Source: an uncultured Alistipes sp. (GTDB lineage: Bacteria; Bacteroidota; Bacteroidia; Bacteroidales; Rikenellaceae). From it: 64,000 nucleotides of DNA. The stretch spans positions 5,341 through 69,340 of the forward strand of contig CALUKK010000100.1 in NCBI GenBank assembly GCA_944321205.1. The letters run 5' to 3'. The notes beneath the pieces were generated by a model. It was given only the letters and a program-made list of their open reading frames with translations, was not told the origin of the DNA and searched no databases. Positions 10,001 through 18,409 of the stretch are shown piece after piece (within the stretch, counting starts at the first letter, position 1; each line of letters opens with the position of its first letter). The position numbers were made by a program, and so were the translations under genes.

Positions 10001-11165
10001 TTACCGGGCGCCGTCCAATCAGGAGTTCAACGAAAACGGCTCGGGAATCGGGCTCTACCTGGCCAAAAAGATCGTCGAGATGCACAAGGGGCAACTCTCC
10101 GTCACATCGGTCGAAGGCCGGGGAAGCTGTTTCACCGTACGGCTGTCGACCCTCAAGGCCGACTCGTTCATCCTTCAGCCCGATTCAGCCGAAGAGCTCT
10201 CGCTGCACAACCTGTCAAAGGTGTGGCAACACAGTCGCAAACCCATTCTGCTGCTCGTGGAGGACAATCCCGACATCCGGGATCTGATCGTCGCATCGCT
10301 CGGTTCGGACTATACCTTCCGTCTGGCCGCCGAGGGCCGTGAAGGGCTGAAACTGCTCGAGACTGAGAAAATCGACCTCGTGATCACGGACATCGCCATG
10401 CCCGGAATGGACGGGCTGGAAATGAGCCGGGCCATCCGCAATTCGCTGCACACGGCCTTCCTGCCGATCATCATCCTCACCGGGAAGAGCGACATGCAAA
10501 CCCAGTTGCAGTCGTTCGAATATGCCGATGCCTTCATTTCCAAACCCTTCAACCTGAACTACCTCAACAGCCGCATCATCCAGCTGCTCATCAAGCACGA
10601 GCACTATCTGGAGAAGATGAAACGGCAACAGATGCTGACCCCGCAGGTCGAGACGCTGGAATCGGCCGACGAACGTTTCCTGCAGGAGATCGTCGAGATC
10701 GTGAACCGCCACCTGGGGGATCCGAACCTCTCGGCCTCGAAGCTCTGCGAAGAGAGCCGTTACGGCAGCAAACAGGTCTATCGGAAGATCAAGCAACTGA
10801 CCGGCATGGGCGTCGTGGAGTTCATCCGCGACACACGCCTGCAGAAAGCCGCCCTCTATCTTTCACAGCAGAAACTTTCGGTCACGGAGATCATGTACAT
10901 GGTCGGCTTTACGACGGCCTCCTATTTTTCGAAGTGCTTCAAGGCCCGGTTCGGCGTCTCGCCTTCGGAATACGGAGCCGCCCCGCACGGGGAGCCGACC
11001 GAGGAACAGCCCTCCGAAGATCCCCCCGACCCGGGCGTCCGCTTCGCAAGAAGAGGGGAAGAGGGAACCTTCTCCACGCTGAATGCCGGAATCCGGGAAC
11101 CGGCGCCCCCTTTTTCAAAGAGGCGGGGGTCCGAAGGGACAGGGGAGAGGCCGGAGTGGGGTTGA
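7059..11165 (+). CDS. Hybrid two-component system (beta-propeller sensor/Y_Y_Y, HisKA, HATPase, REC, AraC HTH)
   Basis: WLGTDNGL repeats, FFANLSHEFKSPL, NLLSNALKFT, GSGIGL, ITDIAMPGMDG, YFSKCFKARFGVSPSEY. Confidence 0.95.
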   Translation: MVMRLRIAFLWLILWGGVTRLSAQPSVPGHFFQMPRIDGRMSSVFTLTQDRDHFIWLGTDNGLVRYDGHRFETFRHDETDSTSLCNDLVNTLLYEDETECLVIGTDRGASLYDLNTNRFRRLHEVGDRHVKAFLRTGDSLWVGTTSGLLLLDRQAGGAVRYAADNAGLPSEHIACCRKIRGEIWFGAYDHLYRLTAPGRFEIHPLPGTLGPGHTLLLDIAEDRSHPGQLWLGTERGLIHYDPETRQSKRLLNNTPVKNFLYLDDGTLWIGTDNGLYVKDPQGGFMQFRHEVENNGSLSNNVIWSIFPDERNDIWLGTDHGVTIATAGSDYTFHSLRRITGEDDGLDVRIICSDPRGTLWLGGMNGLIAYDKSRGRHTWYRSDSGAEGHRLAHNKVRGLLPDERSLWITTDGGLDRYDYATGQIRHFRITESSGHYLSNWMYALREDRLGRLWIGTYDGGLFVVDKKHLSGNGGTVTADLHFSRRSRPAISGDIVLQLALSEEFCVAITDSGMEIIDFDSLYVTPLRLPGHKNPLTISDNGSQIWIGAEDGIYQMDADRKLSHITGFSRPVQSILPQGDRLYVLSGSGLSCYDLVRDKWSHRPIDENPLLCGTTDGKRLYFGSVDGYFEFERFDPQPPSDKVRVAITSLLLDNRPVEVGERYGGEVILSRSITRTRRITLSHAQNSFAVEFSSFRFSDSEEHFTYRLQGFDEKWQQTTGNRAVFINIPAGEYRFEVCQARPDGNPSPETTALEIRIRPVWYATTGAFLFYGALLAGLAFWVVYSVRMRHQLQLEHMEREKTLKLVRMKTEFFANLSHEFKSPLSIIIGLTGRMIASEADALRSRELQSVRSNAEKMHLLLDQMLDYNDNSGSSLFIPAATSLQELAREVFDHFAPAFAQKEISARFVSEEIGYIFMLDRVRMESVFQNLLSNALKFTPRGGSVLMSVSIGKQTSEMLYADIRVEDTGCGIRKEELPFIFNQYYRAPSNQEFNENGSGIGLYLAKKIVEMHKGQLSVTSVEGRGSCFTVRLSTLKADSFILQPDSAEELSLHNLSKVWQHSRKPILLLVEDNPDIRDLIVASLGSDYTFRLAAEGREGLKLLETEKIDLVITDIAMPGMDGLEMSRAIRNSLHTAFLPIIILTGKSDMQTQLQSFEYADAFISKPFNLNYLNSRIIQLLIKHEHYLEKMKRQQMLTPQVETLESADERFLQEIVEIVNRHLGDPNLSASKLCEESRYGSKQVYRKIKQLTGMGVVEFIRDTRLQKAALYLSQQKLSVTEIMYMVGFTTASYFSKCFKARFGVSPSEYGAAPHGEPTEEQPSEDPPDPGVRFARRGEEGTFSTLNAGIREPAPPFSKRRGSEGTGERPEWG

Positions 11166-11176
11166 ATCCGGACAAG

Positions 11177-11211
11177 AAGGGGCCCGACAGATAGAATCTG
11201 TCGGGCCCCTT
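11177..11211. terminator. Intrinsic, probably bidirectional, terminator hairpin
   Basis: Perfect 16-bp stem AAGGGGCCCGACAGAT-aga-ATCTGTCGGGCCCCTT between convergent genes. Confidence 0.8.
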
Positions 11212-11246
11212 TCGCTCGGGACAGGCCGAAGCGACATCCACTCCGG

Positions 11247-12020
11247 TCAATCCGCAAGTCCGGCACGCTGCAACGCCTCGGGATAACGCATCTTCACCTG
11301 CTCGACATAACGCCCGAGTTCAGGATGCTTGAGCAGCTTGAGCGCTTCGAGCCGCAACGGACAGAGCGACGCCTCGGAGGCCGGATCGCTTCCGAGCAGC
11401 AGATCCACCACGAAGAGCGCCTTCACACCATCTTCCGCCTCCAGCGCGCGGCGCACGGCCTGGGGCGTGACCTCCAGATCCCCGTGCAGATAGTCCGCCA
11501 GAAGAGCCACCTCGCGGGCCTTGTGCTCCGACCAACCGTTGCTGTGCCAGCGAATCACGCCGTTCCCGTCCACAACCACGACCGTCGGATGGAACGTCTT
11601 GAGCTGGCGACCCAGTTCATCGCCATCTCGTACGGCGGGGAACGTATAGCCGGCCTCTTTCCAGTAGGAGACCGCCGCCTCGGGATCCGTCTCCCGGCTG
11701 TTGATTCCGAGCACCACCGTACGCGGATCATTCCGCCGCAGCTCCCGGTCGAGATCGGCGGTCAGGCGCTTGCACCAGCCGCACCAGGTGGCCCAAAAGT
11801 CCAGAATGACAACCTTGCCCCGCAACGATTCGGAGGTTATGGTCTCGCCATCGAAGGTTTCAAGGCGGAACGACGGAAGCTTTTCCCCGACAAACGGTTC
11901 ACTCCCGGGATCGGGAGCATAGAACCCGTGTCCCGTAAGCAGCATCGTCTCCACGGGATCGTGTTGTGCCAAGGCCACGAAGGGCCCTGCAACCAATAAC
12001 AGAAAAATCAGTTTTTTCAT
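11247..12020 (-). CDS. TlpA-like thiol-disulfide oxidoreductase (exported)
   Basis: Signal peptide MKKLIFLLLVAGPFVALA; LRGKVVILDFWATWCGWC; HPTVVVVDGNGVIR. Start refined from 12119 to 12020. Confidence 0.85.
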   Translation of the reverse strand: MKKLIFLLLVAGPFVALAQHDPVETMLLTGHGFYAPDPGSEPFVGEKLPSFRLETFDGETITSESLRGKVVILDFWATWCGWCKRLTADLDRELRRNDPRTVVLGINSRETDPEAAVSYWKEAGYTFPAVRDGDELGRQLKTFHPTVVVVDGNGVIRWHSNGWSEHKAREVALLADYLHGDLEVTPQAVRRALEAEDGVKALFVVDLLLGSDPASEASLCPLRLEALKLLKHPELGRYVEQVKMRYPEALQRAGLAD

Positions 12021-12043
12021 CGCATCACGATTTTTCGGACGGA

Positions 12044-14296
12044 TCACCGACGGCGTCGGTACAGCCAGATGGCCACGTACGCACATACGAGCAACAACGA
12101 GAAAAGATAAAATCCCCATTGCGAGATCTTGGTTCCGGTAAGCGTCAGACGCACATCATTGTCCGTCGTGGGTTCACGGCGCACATCCACGGGATATTCA
12201 CCGTCGCTGAGTTGGCTGAAGAGCTCGATCAGGAAGTTGCCGTTCGCCGAGCGGAGATTCTTCCGCAGGGCCTTGAGTTCGGCGTTGCTCATGAAATCGG
12301 CATCTCCGAGGATCACGATCTGCTGTCTCTTTTCTTGAACCATACGGCTTAACCGCACGCCCAGGGGCATTGAACCGGCACGTTCACCCGCTTCGGGTTC
12401 ATAGACGGGGGTCTCCCCCACGAAATCCGTCGTCCGCAACTCCTGCCAACTCTCCGGCGGACTCACAAGCAGCGTATCGACGCGGAACCCGCCATTTGCC
12501 ACGATCTCCAGTCCGGAGGCCGAAGGCATCGTGACAATCCGCCCGTCCGCCATGCGGGCCTTCAGGAAATCATACGAATAATCCTCCTGGGGCGCCACGA
12601 CCTCTCCGGGAAGCACCCGAACCCCAAGCGGCTCGATCAACCGGTTGACAATCTCCTGACGCGGTGCATCGCATGCCACAAGCAGATTGCCGCCCCGAGC
12701 GATATAGGCCTGCAACGTCTGCAACTCCTCCTCGCTGAACGGAACCAACGGATCGGCAATGACCAGAATCGCGCAGGAATCGAGTGCCGGTTCAGTGGCC
12801 GATACCGACTGCGGGACAAAGCCCTGATTGATCAAGGCATGACGATAGTTGCGTTCCGCGGTAAAATGCCGGAGATTACGGTCTCCCTCGCGCTGGAAAT
12901 CACGCTCCCCATGTCCTGCCAGGAAACCCGTGCGGGCTCCGCCGTCCGTCAACTGTTTGAGCGAGGCCGAGATCTCGGCCTCTCCGGGATAGATCCACAT
13001 GTCGTCGAACATCCGCAAAAAGACTTTCCGGCCATCGGGGGTCTCCAGCGTACGAACCACCCGATACTGCTCTCCGGAGAGATCGATCAGCGCATCGATC
13101 TGCCGAGGTGAGAGGATCCGCGCCGTATCGAGACGATTGGCCGTTGCCTCCTTGATCATGATCTCACGATCGCTCAGATCGGGATAACGCGCATAGAGCC
13201 GGCTGTCCGTACTGTGGTTGTAATAGTATACGTAGCGGAACTCCATGTCGGGGCAGAAACGCGTATACTGTTCGAACTGAAGCTGATCGTAGATCTTGTT
13301 CGAAGGAAGTGCCGTCCAGCGGAAATCATCCAGAATGTTGACATAGGTCGTCATGACAAGCGGGCCCTCGAGTTGTTTGACGATACGCTGGCTGTTCGGC
13401 GTGAGGGTCTGTTGCTTGGTCCGCGTAGCATCGTAGAAGCACTTCATCGAGGGCCGGGAGGTCACGTATCCCACCCCCACGGTAACAAGCAGAATCGCCA
13501 CATAGCGCCACACGGCCCGTTTCTTTTCGGTTTTCTGCCGGATGTCGCCCAACCACGCGATGGAGAGGGTCAGGAACAGCGCCGTAACCAACAGGAAATA
13601 GATGACATCCTCGCTGCAGATCAGCCCGCGGACGAATTCGTTGCAACGTCCGTCGATCGACAGCCAATAGGTGATGTCGCGTACGAAATCCACGCTCTGT
13701 CCCACGTAACGCAAATAGCGAAGCGCCGCCAGCAACACCAGCGTCCCGACGGCCGCAACCACCTGATAGGAGGTGATGCACGACATGAAGAGTCCGATGG
13801 CCGCATAGGTGCAGATCAACAGGTAGAGACCCAGCAATCCACTGGCCGCAGCAGCAAAGTCGAAGTGTTCGATGATCGTGGCGGCATAGAGCGTATAGAG
13901 CAGCACGATGCCGAGCATCGCAGCCCCGAAGATCAACAGGGCCAGATACTTTCCGAGAATGATCTCTCGGTTCCTGACCGGCGAGGAGTAGAGCAACCGG
14001 ATGGAGCCCGAGGCATATTCGCTGCTCATAAGTCCCATGGTCAGCAGCGGAATATACAGGTACAGATAGGATTGCAACTCCTTGAAAAAGCCCACCTGTC
14101 CGTTCAGAACAAAGACAGTCAGATTGCTCAGCGTATAGTTCATGGCCTTCTGCACGGCCAGGGACTCGGCCAGACGCAGCATCAACTGCGAACACTGAAA
14201 CGAGAAGACGATCAGAATGAGCCACGCTACGGGTGAATAAAACAACGACTGCAGTTCAGTCTGTGCGATGTGCCGTATGATATGATTTCTTTTCAT
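12044..14296 (-). CDS. GldF/GldG-like fused ABC-2 permease plus periplasmic auxiliary domain
   Basis: Six TM segments (IAQTELQSLFYSPVAW, IPLLTMGLMSSEYASGSIRLLYSSPV), then DATRTKQQTLTPNS, FLAGHGER, YIARGGNLL, ILGDADFMSN. ATGA overlap with the ATPase gene. Confidence 0.85.
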   Translation of the reverse strand: MKRNHIIRHIAQTELQSLFYSPVAWLILIVFSFQCSQLMLRLAESLAVQKAMNYTLSNLTVFVLNGQVGFFKELQSYLYLYIPLLTMGLMSSEYASGSIRLLYSSPVRNREIILGKYLALLIFGAAMLGIVLLYTLYAATIIEHFDFAAAASGLLGLYLLICTYAAIGLFMSCITSYQVVAAVGTLVLLAALRYLRYVGQSVDFVRDITYWLSIDGRCNEFVRGLICSEDVIYFLLVTALFLTLSIAWLGDIRQKTEKKRAVWRYVAILLVTVGVGYVTSRPSMKCFYDATRTKQQTLTPNSQRIVKQLEGPLVMTTYVNILDDFRWTALPSNKIYDQLQFEQYTRFCPDMEFRYVYYYNHSTDSRLYARYPDLSDREIMIKEATANRLDTARILSPRQIDALIDLSGEQYRVVRTLETPDGRKVFLRMFDDMWIYPGEAEISASLKQLTDGGARTGFLAGHGERDFQREGDRNLRHFTAERNYRHALINQGFVPQSVSATEPALDSCAILVIADPLVPFSEEELQTLQAYIARGGNLLVACDAPRQEIVNRLIEPLGVRVLPGEVVAPQEDYSYDFLKARMADGRIVTMPSASGLEIVANGGFRVDTLLVSPPESWQELRTTDFVGETPVYEPEAGERAGSMPLGVRLSRMVQEKRQQIVILGDADFMSNAELKALRKNLRSANGNFLIELFSQLSDGEYPVDVRREPTTDNDVRLTLTGTKISQWGFYLFSLLLVCAYVAIWLYRRRR

Positions 14297-15234
14297 GCCT
14301 TTCTGTTTTTGGAGAGTGCCGCAAAGATGGAATCCAGGGACTTCTTTTCCACGCCGACCTGTACGAGGCGCCAACCCTGAGCGACGCTGTCGCTTACCAG
14401 CGGTTCGATGACCCGGTCCGCCTCCTCCTTGAAATAGAGACGGAAGGTCTGTTCATCGAGCTGCTCCCCGCGCAGGATCCCCTCCCGGGAGAACAGCACC
14501 TCGGAAGCCGGCGGAGCATTGAACCGCACGAGAATCGAATCCGGAGCGATGTAGTTGTCGAAATGTTCGAGCGTCCCCGAAAAGACGAGATTCCCGTGTT
14601 CGATCATCAGCACGTTGTCACAGATGGCCTGCACCTCGGTGAGCATGTGGGTCGAAAGGATGACGGTATGTTCCCGGGCGATCTCCCGGATCAGGTTGCG
14701 GATCTCCGTAATCTGGTTGGGATCGAGGCCGTTCGTCGGTTCGTCGAGAATCACCAGGGCCGGCTTGTGGATGATGGCCTGGGCAATCCCCACCCGCTGC
14801 TGGTAGCCGCCCGAAAGAGCCCGCAACTGCCGATCGGCAAAATGGGCAATCCGGCACTTCTCCATCACCTCGTCCACGGCCCGCCGGATCTCCGTCGAGG
14901 GGATCCAACGCATGAATCCGCTGTAACGCAGATACTCGCGAACCGTCAGATCGGTCCGCAACGGAGGCTGTTGCGGCAGGAAGCCGATGAGCCGCTTGGC
15001 TTCGATGGGATTCCGGCGAATATCCAGTCCGTTGATATAGACCTCGCCGGAGGTTTGGCGCAATACGCCGCAGACGATGTTCATCAACGTGGATTTCCCG
15101 GCACCGTTCGAGCCCAGCAATCCCTGGATCTCCCGGCGACGAACCTCGATGTTGATGTCATGAATGGCCCATTGTGCGGAGCTGTAACGATGCGAGAGAT
15201 GTTCGGTTTTCAGAATGATGTCGTTGCTTTCCAT
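14293..15234 (-). CDS. ABC transporter ATP-binding protein (GldA-like)
   Basis: Walker A GSNGAGKST, signature LSGGYQQR, Walker B ILDEPTNGLDP. Confidence 0.95.
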   Translation of the reverse strand: MESNDIILKTEHLSHRYSSAQWAIHDINIEVRRREIQGLLGSNGAGKSTLMNIVCGVLRQTSGEVYINGLDIRRNPIEAKRLIGFLPQQPPLRTDLTVREYLRYSGFMRWIPSTEIRRAVDEVMEKCRIAHFADRQLRALSGGYQQRVGIAQAIIHKPALVILDEPTNGLDPNQITEIRNLIREIAREHTVILSTHMLTEVQAICDNVLMIEHGNLVFSGTLEHFDNYIAPDSILVRFNAPPASEVLFSREGILRGEQLDEQTFRLYFKEEADRVIEPLVSDSVAQGWRLVQVGVEKKSLDSIFAALSKNRKA

Positions 15235-15237
15235 GAC

Positions 15238-15858
15238 TCAATGATTGCTTCGGTCCCTGACACAGCGGACACTCAAATAATAATCCTTGGCAATGCTCAA
15301 TCGTTCGACGGCAGGAGAGTTGTATCGGAATCTGCGCGCGTAGGCATAGCTGTTGCTCACCTTGCTGTCATCCTCCGTAGCACTCCAATAATAACCGAAG
15401 GCCGTGACATAGGCATCGAAATCCGAGAGGCGCGAATTCTCCGCATTGTAGAATCCGCCCAGCTCCAGGGCCACGCCCTCCGCGGCCCGCAACTCCGCAT
15501 CGCCCACCGCACTCCACTCGGCATCGGTCGGCAGACGCCAACCCTCGGGACAGGCCGTCAGCGCGGATTCATAGGTATAGAGGTATCCGTAACGGTCGTA
15601 ATAGGCCGAGGCACGCCCATCGTCGTAAATGTTCGGCGACACAGGTGTAGTATCGGGCATGGTTCCCGCCGTGGCGTAGCGGAGATTTTCGCAAAGCCAT
15701 TCGAGATTCCCGTAACGGACCCAGCGGTAAGCGGTATTGTCCCGCGAATCGGTGAACGTCCCTTCGGCATCGGGACGCCGCGCCGAAACAGGCTCCGAAT
15801 CGTCACACGACATCGCCCCGAGGAGCAATACGCCCATACAGAACAGAATCTTTTTCAT
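15238..15858 (-). CDS. FISUMP (Fibrobacter succinogenes major paralogous domain) lipoprotein
   Basis: Lipobox AMSC; FTDSRD, WLCENLRY, YGYLYTY, ACPEGWRLPTDAEW, YYWSAT, SVRCVRD. Confidence 0.85.
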   Translation of the reverse strand: MKKILFCMGVLLLGAMSCDDSEPVSARRPDAEGTFTDSRDNTAYRWVRYGNLEWLCENLRYATAGTMPDTTPVSPNIYDDGRASAYYDRYGYLYTYESALTACPEGWRLPTDAEWSAVGDAELRAAEGVALELGGFYNAENSRLSDFDAYVTAFGYYWSATEDDSKVSNSYAYARRFRYNSPAVERLSIAKDYYLSVRCVRDRSNH

Positions 15859-15870
15859 GGTGATACGTTT

Positions 15871-16809
15871 TTAATCCAGAATCACGCCCAGATCGGCAAT
15901 GATCTCCCGGAGAATGTTATACTTTTCGATCACGATCGGATAGTCGGCATTTTCGGCCATGAACTCCTCCTTCGTCGAGGAGAAGATGGCATCGATATAG
16001 TCGCTCAGGTCATACTCCTTGGCCTTGAAGTTGTAGAAAGCCTCGTAATAGGCGTTATCCATGTATCCATAGGCCGAAAGAAATCCCAGATCCTTCAGCG
16101 TGGGATAGTGCTCCTTGAGGTAATAGGCCTCCTCGGTATTCATGCCGAAGGTGCCGTAATAGGAATCGCAGAAGGAGTAGAACTCCGCAAAGACCGACTC
16201 GTCGACGGTTGCCATCTTGTTGTTGACGATGGCCTTGAGCAACGATCGCTGATAAACGGCCAGCTCCGCATCGTCCATCTCGTTGACTCCCCCGACCGCA
16301 ACGGCCGTACACTGCCAGCCTGAATAGACCACCGGAGCCGGCGATACGGCAACCATACCCGTATATTGGTTGGTGTATTGGGTAATCGAATTGACCAACA
16401 GCATCGAATAGGGTCGATTGTTCTCGCTCAATCGCGGCAGCAGCTGTTCCTGGATGAACTGTGCGGCACTCCGCTTTTCGGCATCCGTCTCCAGGTATTC
16501 ATATTTGAACTTGTCCTGGATATACCCGGTCAATGAATAGGCCATGTCGATCACATGGTAGGAATAGCAGGGATTTCCCGCCAGATCATCACCCAGATAC
16601 TGCCGGCTCAACGTGTCGCTGAAGAGCACGTAAACCTTCTCGTCCCGGTAGAACTCCTCCTGCAGGGCATAGATCTCGTCGGACTCCCCTTCGGGCCGGA
16701 GAAAATCGTTGTAACGAAGAGTCGAATCGGTATACTCCATCTCTTCGGAGCACCCGAAGACGGCCGCCAGAGAGAGGACCGCCATCAATAAGGGAAAATA
16801 TCGTTTCAT
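15871..16809 (-). CDS. Hypothetical lipoprotein (SusD-associated)
   Basis: Lipobox VFGC followed by acidic residues; 312 aa; co-oriented in the operon; no catalytic motif recognised. Confidence 0.75.
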   Translation of the reverse strand: MKRYFPLLMAVLSLAAVFGCSEEMEYTDSTLRYNDFLRPEGESDEIYALQEEFYRDEKVYVLFSDTLSRQYLGDDLAGNPCYSYHVIDMAYSLTGYIQDKFKYEYLETDAEKRSAAQFIQEQLLPRLSENNRPYSMLLVNSITQYTNQYTGMVAVSPAPVVYSGWQCTAVAVGGVNEMDDAELAVYQRSLLKAIVNNKMATVDESVFAEFYSFCDSYYGTFGMNTEEAYYLKEHYPTLKDLGFLSAYGYMDNAYYEAFYNFKAKEYDLSDYIDAIFSSTKEEFMAENADYPIVIEKYNILREIIADLGVILD

Positions 16810-16819
16810 CGTTCGGCAA

Positions 16820-18397
16820 TCAATAAGTTATGGTATTTATCACCGGGCGCTCCGGGCGCGGATTGTTGCTGATTTCGGTGTCGTACTCCAGCACCTCGTG
16901 CGGAATGGGCAGCGTATAGGCCGCATCATTCTCTTCGAGTTGGTACTCAATGGTCTGCATCGGCTTGTATGTATATGAATACGAACCGGGATCATAGACA
17001 TATTCATACGTTGTGTAACTGTGCGTGATACTCTTCGTATAGGGGAGCACCGTGCTGACCATATAGCGCCGCAGATCAAACCAGCGATGCCCCTCAAGAC
17101 ACAACTCCCGACGGCGTTCATTGCGGATGTATTCGATCAGCTCGTCGCCCGAAAGGGTGACATCGGTGTAGCTTCCGCTCCGGATACGGTTCCGGCGCAG
17201 TTCGTTGAGAGCCTCCCGGGCCGTCACGTCATCACCGTCACAGGCCGCTGCCTCGGCCAGATTCAGATAGGCCTCGGACGTCCGGAAGGTGAAGTTGGCC
17301 GACGGCGTACGACGGTTCAGATCGGAAGGGGAGCCCTCCTTGACATACTCCGGAGCCTGGTCCGTTTCGTTGTATTTGATGTAGTATTCGAGCCGCAGAT
17401 CGTTCGGATCATCGTACGCGGCGTAAAGGTCCGGTGAAATGCCGAAGTCCATCTTCAGATTCGAGATCGAGGAGCGCAGGCCTCCGGATCCCATCGTGAA
17501 GATCAACTCGGAGAGATCCTGGCTGAAGAAGATCTGCCCGGCAGCCATGGTATTGAGGTTCTGCAATCCGGGCTGGCGCTCGATGACCTTCCGGGCATAT
17601 TCACAACTCTTCTCCCAATCCTGCATGTAAAGGTAGACACGGCTGGTGAGCAGTTCGACGGCCGTGATGTCGGCCCGGTAGACGGACTTGCGCGTCGACG
17701 CGGACAATGACTCCTCGGCCAGGGCCAGATCGTCGAGAATCAATGCGTAGACCTCGGCAACGCTGTTGCGTGTATAGAGCTTGTCCTCGATATACTCCGT
17801 GGTCTTGAGCGGCACGCCGGGAGTCGTGGCTGCCGTCTGCGGGGCATAGGGCGGAGCATAGAGATTCACAAGCGTGAAATACCACGCGGCACGCAGGAAA
17901 CAGGCCTCTCCGCGAATCCGCCGGATTTCCCGTTCGTCGTCTTCGTTCTCGGCCCGCTGATCGTCGATGGCCGCGATGACCATATTGGCGATATTGATGT
18001 GCCGGTAGATGTTGTTCCAGTCCTTGTCCTCCTCGCCCAAGGCGTTGCCCAGGACGTTGATCCCCACCTCGGGCTGCCACGTGTAGTAGCCGAAGTAGAG
18101 TTCCCGCGCATCGGCAATCGCCGCCGACGAGGCATCCTGACGGATGTTCTCCGACACTTCGTCGGCCATCAGATGGATATAGGGATAGTACCACGGAGCC
18201 TCCAGCAAATCGTATGAGATGCCGATGTGGTAATTCGAGATGCAGATCGGCATGTATCCGTCCCCGAGCAGCAACTCGTCGAGATCCGTGTAACTGCGCA
18301 CATAGGACTTGTCCTGCGAATACTCCTCGAGAAACGAACACGACGTCGCGGTCAGCAGCGAAAGGAGTACGCCCAGCAATATGTAAAATCGTTTCAT
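16820..18397 (-). CDS. susD: SusD/RagB family lipoprotein
   Basis: ATSCSFLEE, GEACFLRAAWYFTLVNLY, RTSEAYLNLAEA, ERRRELCLEGHRWFDLRR, YTLPIP. Confidence 0.93.
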   Translation of the reverse strand: MKRFYILLGVLLSLLTATSCSFLEEYSQDKSYVRSYTDLDELLLGDGYMPICISNYHIGISYDLLEAPWYYPYIHLMADEVSENIRQDASSAAIADARELYFGYYTWQPEVGINVLGNALGEEDKDWNNIYRHINIANMVIAAIDDQRAENEDDEREIRRIRGEACFLRAAWYFTLVNLYAPPYAPQTAATTPGVPLKTTEYIEDKLYTRNSVAEVYALILDDLALAEESLSASTRKSVYRADITAVELLTSRVYLYMQDWEKSCEYARKVIERQPGLQNLNTMAAGQIFFSQDLSELIFTMGSGGLRSSISNLKMDFGISPDLYAAYDDPNDLRLEYYIKYNETDQAPEYVKEGSPSDLNRRTPSANFTFRTSEAYLNLAEAAACDGDDVTAREALNELRRNRIRSGSYTDVTLSGDELIEYIRNERRRELCLEGHRWFDLRRYMVSTVLPYTKSITHSYTTYEYVYDPGSYSYTYKPMQTIEYQLEENDAAYTLPIPHEVLEYDTEISNNPRPERPVINTITY

Positions 18398-18409
18398 GGG
18401 TAGTGTCTG

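Noticed and set aside
12044-15234. Gliding motility genes gldA/F/G
   Set aside because: Family resemblance only; no other gld/spr genes, and the context is a SusCD operon.
15238-15858. FISUMP protein as a diversity-generating retroelement target
   Set aside because: No reverse transcriptase or template-repeat copy seen in the window.
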